A stretch of 64,000 nucleotides of DNA from contig CAWDVR010000001.1 of assembly GCA_963805975.1 (NCBI GenBank), positions 608,001 through 672,000 of the forward strand, in the 5' to 3' direction. The DNA comes from an uncultured Acidobacteriota bacterium. Its GTDB lineage: Bacteria; Acidobacteriota; Thermoanaerobaculia; Multivoradales; SZUA-115. The position numbers and the translations under genes were made by a program. Below the pieces are notes generated by a model, which saw only the letters and a program-made list of their open reading frames with translations, ran no database searches and was not told the DNA's origin. The stretch's first letter is position 1, and each line of letters starts with the position of its first letter. Shown here piece by piece: positions 58,925-64,000 of the stretch.

Positions 58925-59740
58925 TCACGGGCACACGGCGGGCTGGCAGACGACCAACGGGCCGGAGCAGTGCTCCTTGCCTCCGTCCATGTGGCATTGC
59001 CGCGGCTCGCAGGTGAAGCAGCCGGTTTCCACCTGGTAACCGTTGGGGTCCCAGCCCGCCGCGAAATTGGAGGTGCCGGCGAGGCGCGTGTCGGGAATGC
59101 GGTCGCCGTTGGTGTCGGCCAGCGAGGGCCCGACCACCTTGCCGCCCGGGCCGGGCGCGAAGGACCACGGCAGGGACTGTGCGGGGAAGGTGAAGCTGCC
59201 GCTGAGCTCGAGCGGGCGCGAGGCGCGGCCGGCGACCGGCACGAAGCGCAGGCGCACGTCGACCGCCAGCGGGGCGACGAAGGTGCCGCCGCGCTCGTGG
59301 CTGCGGTAGATGCTCATCGTGGTCACGCGCTGGGTGCCGGCGAGGCTGACGTGCACGTGGAAGGCGCCGCAGGGCGTCTGGAGGGGGCTGGAGCTGACCA
59401 GTGACAGGGCCTGGAACTGGACCCGCGTCACGGCACGGCCGCTCTCGTCGAAGGTGGCGTCGTCGAGGCGGGCGATCACCGTGTCGGCGCCGCGGAGCTG
59501 GCCGGGGACCGCAGTCTCGAGCGGCAGGCCCTTGAAGGTGACGCGGCCGGTGAAAGCCGGCGAGTTTCTACAGAAGAAGCCGGCCGGGATGGGGTCGTCG
59601 GCGAAGTCGTAGAACGAGGTTCCGTTGTCGACAGTGGTGAACACGTCGCTGCCGCGCTCGATCACCGGCGCGGCGGTCAGGGGAGCAGATCCGAGCACCA
59701 ACGCGACGGCGAGCACTACCCAAAGGCTTCGGTTCCTCAC
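58925..59740 (-). CDS. Secreted paralog 1 of the Cys-rich-tip array
   Basis: AAGGAGG RBS, GTG start, signal peptide; tip CFTCEPRQCHMDGGKEHCSGPLVVCQPAVCP*. Confidence 0.85.
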   Translation of the reverse strand: MRNRSLWVVLAVALVLGSAPLTAAPVIERGSDVFTTVDNGTSFYDFADDPIPAGFFCRNSPAFTGRVTFKGLPLETAVPGQLRGADTVIARLDDATFDESGRAVTRVQFQALSLVSSSPLQTPCGAFHVHVSLAGTQRVTTMSIYRSHERGGTFVAPLAVDVRLRFVPVAGRASRPLELSGSFTFPAQSLPWSFAPGPGGKVVGPSLADTNGDRIPDTRLAGTSNFAAGWDPNGYQVETGCFTCEPRQCHMDGGKEHCSGPLVVCQPAVCP

Positions 59741-59893
59741 GTCTTGCCTCCTTTCGAGAGACAGGGACGCCGGACGTAGGCCCGCCCGGCTAGGGGTGAC
59801 AAGGAGATTCGATGGAACATATGCGCAAAGCGCTCTAATTCTCTATATCTTCAGGTGACTCTGCTTCTCCGGAATTGCTTCAGTCGAAGAAGC

Positions 59894-60349
59894 TTAGTAG
59901 TCGAAGCGCGCGGCGATGTAGCCGCTGTAATGCCAGTTCTCTGCGTAGCAGGTGGGGGAGCCGACGTAGATCTTGAAGTAGTTGCCCACACCGGCCGCCT
60001 GGGAGAGGCCGTAGGCCTTGCCCACGCAGGAGGCGCAGCGCAGCGAGCCGTTGCGGTACACGTCCCAAAGGCCGATGATCTCGTCGTTGTCGCTCGAGCC
60101 CACGGAGATCAGGCGGAACTCGTACTGCGTGGCGCCCACGAAGCCGATGGCGTTCGAGAACGCCTGGAGCGTTTTCTCCTGCCAGCTCGAAACGGAGTTG
60201 CCGCTGGTCGGGCTGTACCAGGCGCCGGTGTCGCCGTCGGCGATGGCGATCGGCTTGTCCGACCACACGCTGTGGACCGGCTGGGCGGCGAGCGGAGCGG
60301 CGGCGAGCAAGGCGATCAGGACGAAGGCGAGGCGGAGCGAAGCGCGCAT
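59894..60349 (-). CDS. Small secreted hypothetical protein (about 151 aa)
   Basis: AAGGAG RBS, MRASLRLAFVLIALLAAAPLAAQ signal peptide; beta-strand/aromatic-rich; CASC plus a third Cys. Confidence 0.75.
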   Translation of the reverse strand: MRASLRLAFVLIALLAAAPLAAQPVHSVWSDKPIAIADGDTGAWYSPTSGNSVSSWQEKTLQAFSNAIGFVGATQYEFRLISVGSSDNDEIIGLWDVYRNGSLRCASCVGKAYGLSQAAGVGNYFKIYVGSPTCYAENWHYSGYIAARFDY

Positions 60350-60590
60350 GAAGGGGTCTCCTTCTCTCCGAGCAAAGGTGGGGAGGGGAATGCCTCCGCC
60401 ATGATTCGGAGCTTCTGTTGTCTCTGTGCATTTCTGCACTGAAGTGTAGACAATTATAAGTCCGAAATGCTCGCTCTGGTTCGTCGCACCTCTCGCCTAA
60501 TACCCGGCTTCGACCTCTTCGTCTCTACCACTGACCAAGCCACGCTATGAGCCGATCCCGGCTCGAGCGACCGTTCAGAGGAGAGGTCCC

Positions 60591-62255
60591 ATGCGATCCG
60601 CAGTCCAGAGCTGGCAGTGCTTTGCCGTGATCTTCGCCCTGCTCGCCGCGCCGAGCAGTGCCGCCACCATCAGTGACGAAGCCGGGCGCCTGATCGACCG
60701 CGCCGGGTTCACCGAGCTCCTGGATCTCGAGCTCCACCTCACGCCCGCGGCGGAGGTCGAGACCCTGGGCCAGGAAGTGACGGCCAGCTTCGCGGTCGGT
60801 GAGCGAGGTGAGAGGTCTTACACTCTGAACGGCGAGCGGGTCGGAGAGGCGGAGCTCGCGGCCCACTCCGAGCGTACCAAGCGGGAGTTGCTGGCCAGGG
60901 CGGAGGCACGCGCGCGCCGCGACCAGTCGCGGTTCGAGGCGGCGATCCGGCGAGCCGGGCTCGAGGGCAAGGTCTCGGCCACTGTCGGGCGGGTGCTGCG
61001 AGTGCGGCTCAACCGCGACGAGGCCCGCCGTGCGATCGAGGCGCTCGGCGGCGAGCTGTCCCTGGTCGACCTGCCGCAGGTCCCGCGACTGACGCTCACC
61101 CAGGCGACCACGACCAACACCCAGGGCGCCTTCGAGGCGACCGGCATCGTGCCCTACGCGCACAGCTACGGTTTGAAGGGCTCAGGAGTCGGCGTGTGGC
61201 TCGAGGAGGGCAACTCGCCGGACTCGAGCGACCCGGCGATCAACACCGCCAACCTGCGCTACCTGACCAGCGACCCGGTGCTGGGAGACCACGCGACGCT
61301 CACCACCGTCACGCTCCAGAAGGCGGCCCCGCAAGCGGTGGTCTACTACGGCCACCAGCCGGCCGGCTGTCACCTCTTGTCGAGCATCCTTACCCAAACC
61401 AACCCGCCGATCTACCTCGGTTCGCACTCCTGGAACTGGGGGGACGTGGCCTCGGCCACCTACACCAACTGCTGCGCGGAGTGGGACGACTTCGTCTACG
61501 AGAACCGGCTGCCCATGTTCGTGCCCTCGGGCGGTAGCGCGCCGGACGTCTACACCACCAGCCCCGGCAAAGCGTTCAACGTGGTGGCGGTGGGCGGCGC
61601 GGACACCGATGCCGGCATCATCGACGGCTACTCCGGCTACCTCAACCCCGAGACCGGCGCCATCAAGCCGGACGTCGTCACCCCGGGCACCTGCCTGGCG
61701 ATCAAGCCGGGCCACGACTGCGTAAGCGGCGTCTCGATCGCCACGCCGATCGCCGCCGGCTTCGCGGCCGACATGATCGGCGGCTCCGCCTTCTTCCGCA
61801 ACCAGCCGCAGGTGGTGAAGGCATACCTGGTGGCCGGCGCCACCACCGACATCGAGCCCGGCATCGCCATGGACGGGCCCGGCATGGCCAACTTCCTCCA
61901 CACCTGGTTCTACCGCTGGGGCAAGTGGTGGAACGGCAGCAATGCCTCGTACTTCAACTCCAACCAGGAGATCATCGAGACCACCAACCTAACGGCCGGT
62001 AAGCGCTACCGGGTCGCGATCTCCTGGCTGGTGCCGGGCTCCTACGCGCTGGCCAACAAGAAGCCGAACATGGAGATGTCGCTGACCGTCACCCGCGGCA
62101 CGTCGACCTTCACCAGCAACTACTCGCGGAGCATCTTCCAGTGGGTGGACTTCGTGGCCCCCACCTCTGGCAGCTACACCATCAAGATCAAGCGTACGTT
62201 CAACGCCGGGGTGGGCGACCTGGCCCTGGCGCTGACCGTGGGGGAGGTGGTGTAG
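60591..62255 (+). CDS. Secreted S8 (subtilisin-like) peptidase with a propeptide and C-terminal beta domain
   Basis: Signal peptide; GLKGSGVGV, DHAT, SHSW, PGKAFNVVAVG, IKPDVVTPG, SGVSIATPIAAG. Confidence 0.8.
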   Translation: MRSAVQSWQCFAVIFALLAAPSSAATISDEAGRLIDRAGFTELLDLELHLTPAAEVETLGQEVTASFAVGERGERSYTLNGERVGEAELAAHSERTKRELLARAEARARRDQSRFEAAIRRAGLEGKVSATVGRVLRVRLNRDEARRAIEALGGELSLVDLPQVPRLTLTQATTTNTQGAFEATGIVPYAHSYGLKGSGVGVWLEEGNSPDSSDPAINTANLRYLTSDPVLGDHATLTTVTLQKAAPQAVVYYGHQPAGCHLLSSILTQTNPPIYLGSHSWNWGDVASATYTNCCAEWDDFVYENRLPMFVPSGGSAPDVYTTSPGKAFNVVAVGGADTDAGIIDGYSGYLNPETGAIKPDVVTPGTCLAIKPGHDCVSGVSIATPIAAGFAADMIGGSAFFRNQPQVVKAYLVAGATTDIEPGIAMDGPGMANFLHTWFYRWGKWWNGSNASYFNSNQEIIETTNLTAGKRYRVAISWLVPGSYALANKKPNMEMSLTVTRGTSTFTSNYSRSIFQWVDFVAPTSGSYTIKIKRTFNAGVGDLALALTVGEVV

Positions 62256-62284
62256 CCACCGGAGGCGCGCGGTGAGCCCGAGGC

Positions 62285-62797
62285 CTACGGCGAGTCCACG
62301 GTCACCTGGCCGCGGATCTCGCCGCTGGAGTAGCGGTCGGTGTGAACGTTCACATAGGCCACGCCCTGGCGCAGGGCGCGCTGGAACCGGAAGAAGTTGC
62401 CGGCCGGCACGCCCTGGGGCCCGGCAGTGGCGACGATATCCGCCGCCGTGATCGTGCCCGAGACAGCGCCGGCCTCGGGGCAGGCTTGCGTACCGGCCGG
62501 GCCGTTGCCCAGGTTCGAGCACAGGAAAGCCATGATGCCGCCATTGACGCCGCGTTGCGCGAAGTGGATGTGGGCCTGGGTGACGGTGCCGCTGGTGCTC
62601 GAGAAGTCGAGCTCCCAGGTCAGTTCGGTGAGGTCTTCGTTCAGAGTGGCCCTGAAGCTGCCTTCGCCAAAGCTCATGATCGCAGGCACCTCTTCGAAGG
62701 AGCGTAGTGCTGCACTGAGCGAGATCGGTTCCTGGGCTCTGGCGGTTCCGGCAGAGGCCAGCAGGCCGACGAGGATGAAGAGGATCGAGCGTCGCAT
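62285..62797 (-). CDS. Secreted CHRD-domain protein
   Basis: EEVPA, VTQAHIHF, AYVNVHT..YSSGEIRGQ. Confidence 0.92.
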   Translation of the reverse strand: MRRSILFILVGLLASAGTARAQEPISLSAALRSFEEVPAIMSFGEGSFRATLNEDLTELTWELDFSSTSGTVTQAHIHFAQRGVNGGIMAFLCSNLGNGPAGTQACPEAGAVSGTITAADIVATAGPQGVPAGNFFRFQRALRQGVAYVNVHTDRYSSGEIRGQVTVDSP

Positions 62798-62884
62798 GGA
62801 ATGCTCCTCCAGTAGTTTGAGAGGCGAGGATGAGCCGCGCCATTGCGGTCGATCTCAGCCGTACCGGCTTAAGATGCACCCCAC

Positions 62885-64000
<1,116 letters not shown>

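Noticed and set aside
56327-59740. Array as a diversity-generating retroelement, CRISPR array or integron cassette array
   Set aside because: There is no reverse transcriptase, cas or integrase gene. The tips differ by indels and all base types rather than adenine-specific changes, the repeat units are whole genes, and only one intergenic hairpin is present.
56327-59740. Cys-rich tips as RiPP substrates of the three radical SAM enzymes
   Set aside because: The loci are over 20 kb apart, the proteins have Sec signal peptides, and the rSAMs are B12-type with no visible SPASM or RRE features.

Overview
This is a high-GC bacterial chromosomal window. Two ADOP-type duplicated permeases, a PadR and a Thr-type sulfatase-TPR lipoprotein suggest Acidobacteriota, possibly Thermoanaerobaculia (inference). 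From left to right it holds: the 3' part of leuS; a TPR-redoxin; rocD; a DUF1998 helicase fused to a DEDD exonuclease; LOG, DMT, fdhD and TerC genes; and a minus-strand envelope unit (secreted protein ending LPVELMSF, two PPIases, sulfatase-TPR, membrane-fused spermidine-synthase-like protein). Next come an alpha/beta hydrolase and a PadR-ADOP pair. A 12-gene, tightly coupled biosynthetic operon (25.2-37.5 kb) encodes three B12-binding radical SAM enzymes, a ferritin-like diiron enzyme, a membrane desaturase, an LbH acyltransferase-like protein, PAP2, an NTF2-like protein, a Rieske oxygenase, two GNAT-like proteins and a GH3 ligase. After it lie an MFS transporter, three type II TA modules and a purine catabolism cluster with a single-chain xanthine dehydrogenase. 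Near the right end, four tandem paralogous secreted proteins have conserved cores and variable Cys6/His2 tips and sit beside an atypical S8 protease; a CHRD protein and a partial NCS1 transporter follow. The best candidates for undescribed systems are the triple-B12-rSAM/GH3 operon and the Cys-rich-tip array. About seven single-base frame breaks probably reflect long-read assembly errors. All family calls come from motif recognition, not database searches.
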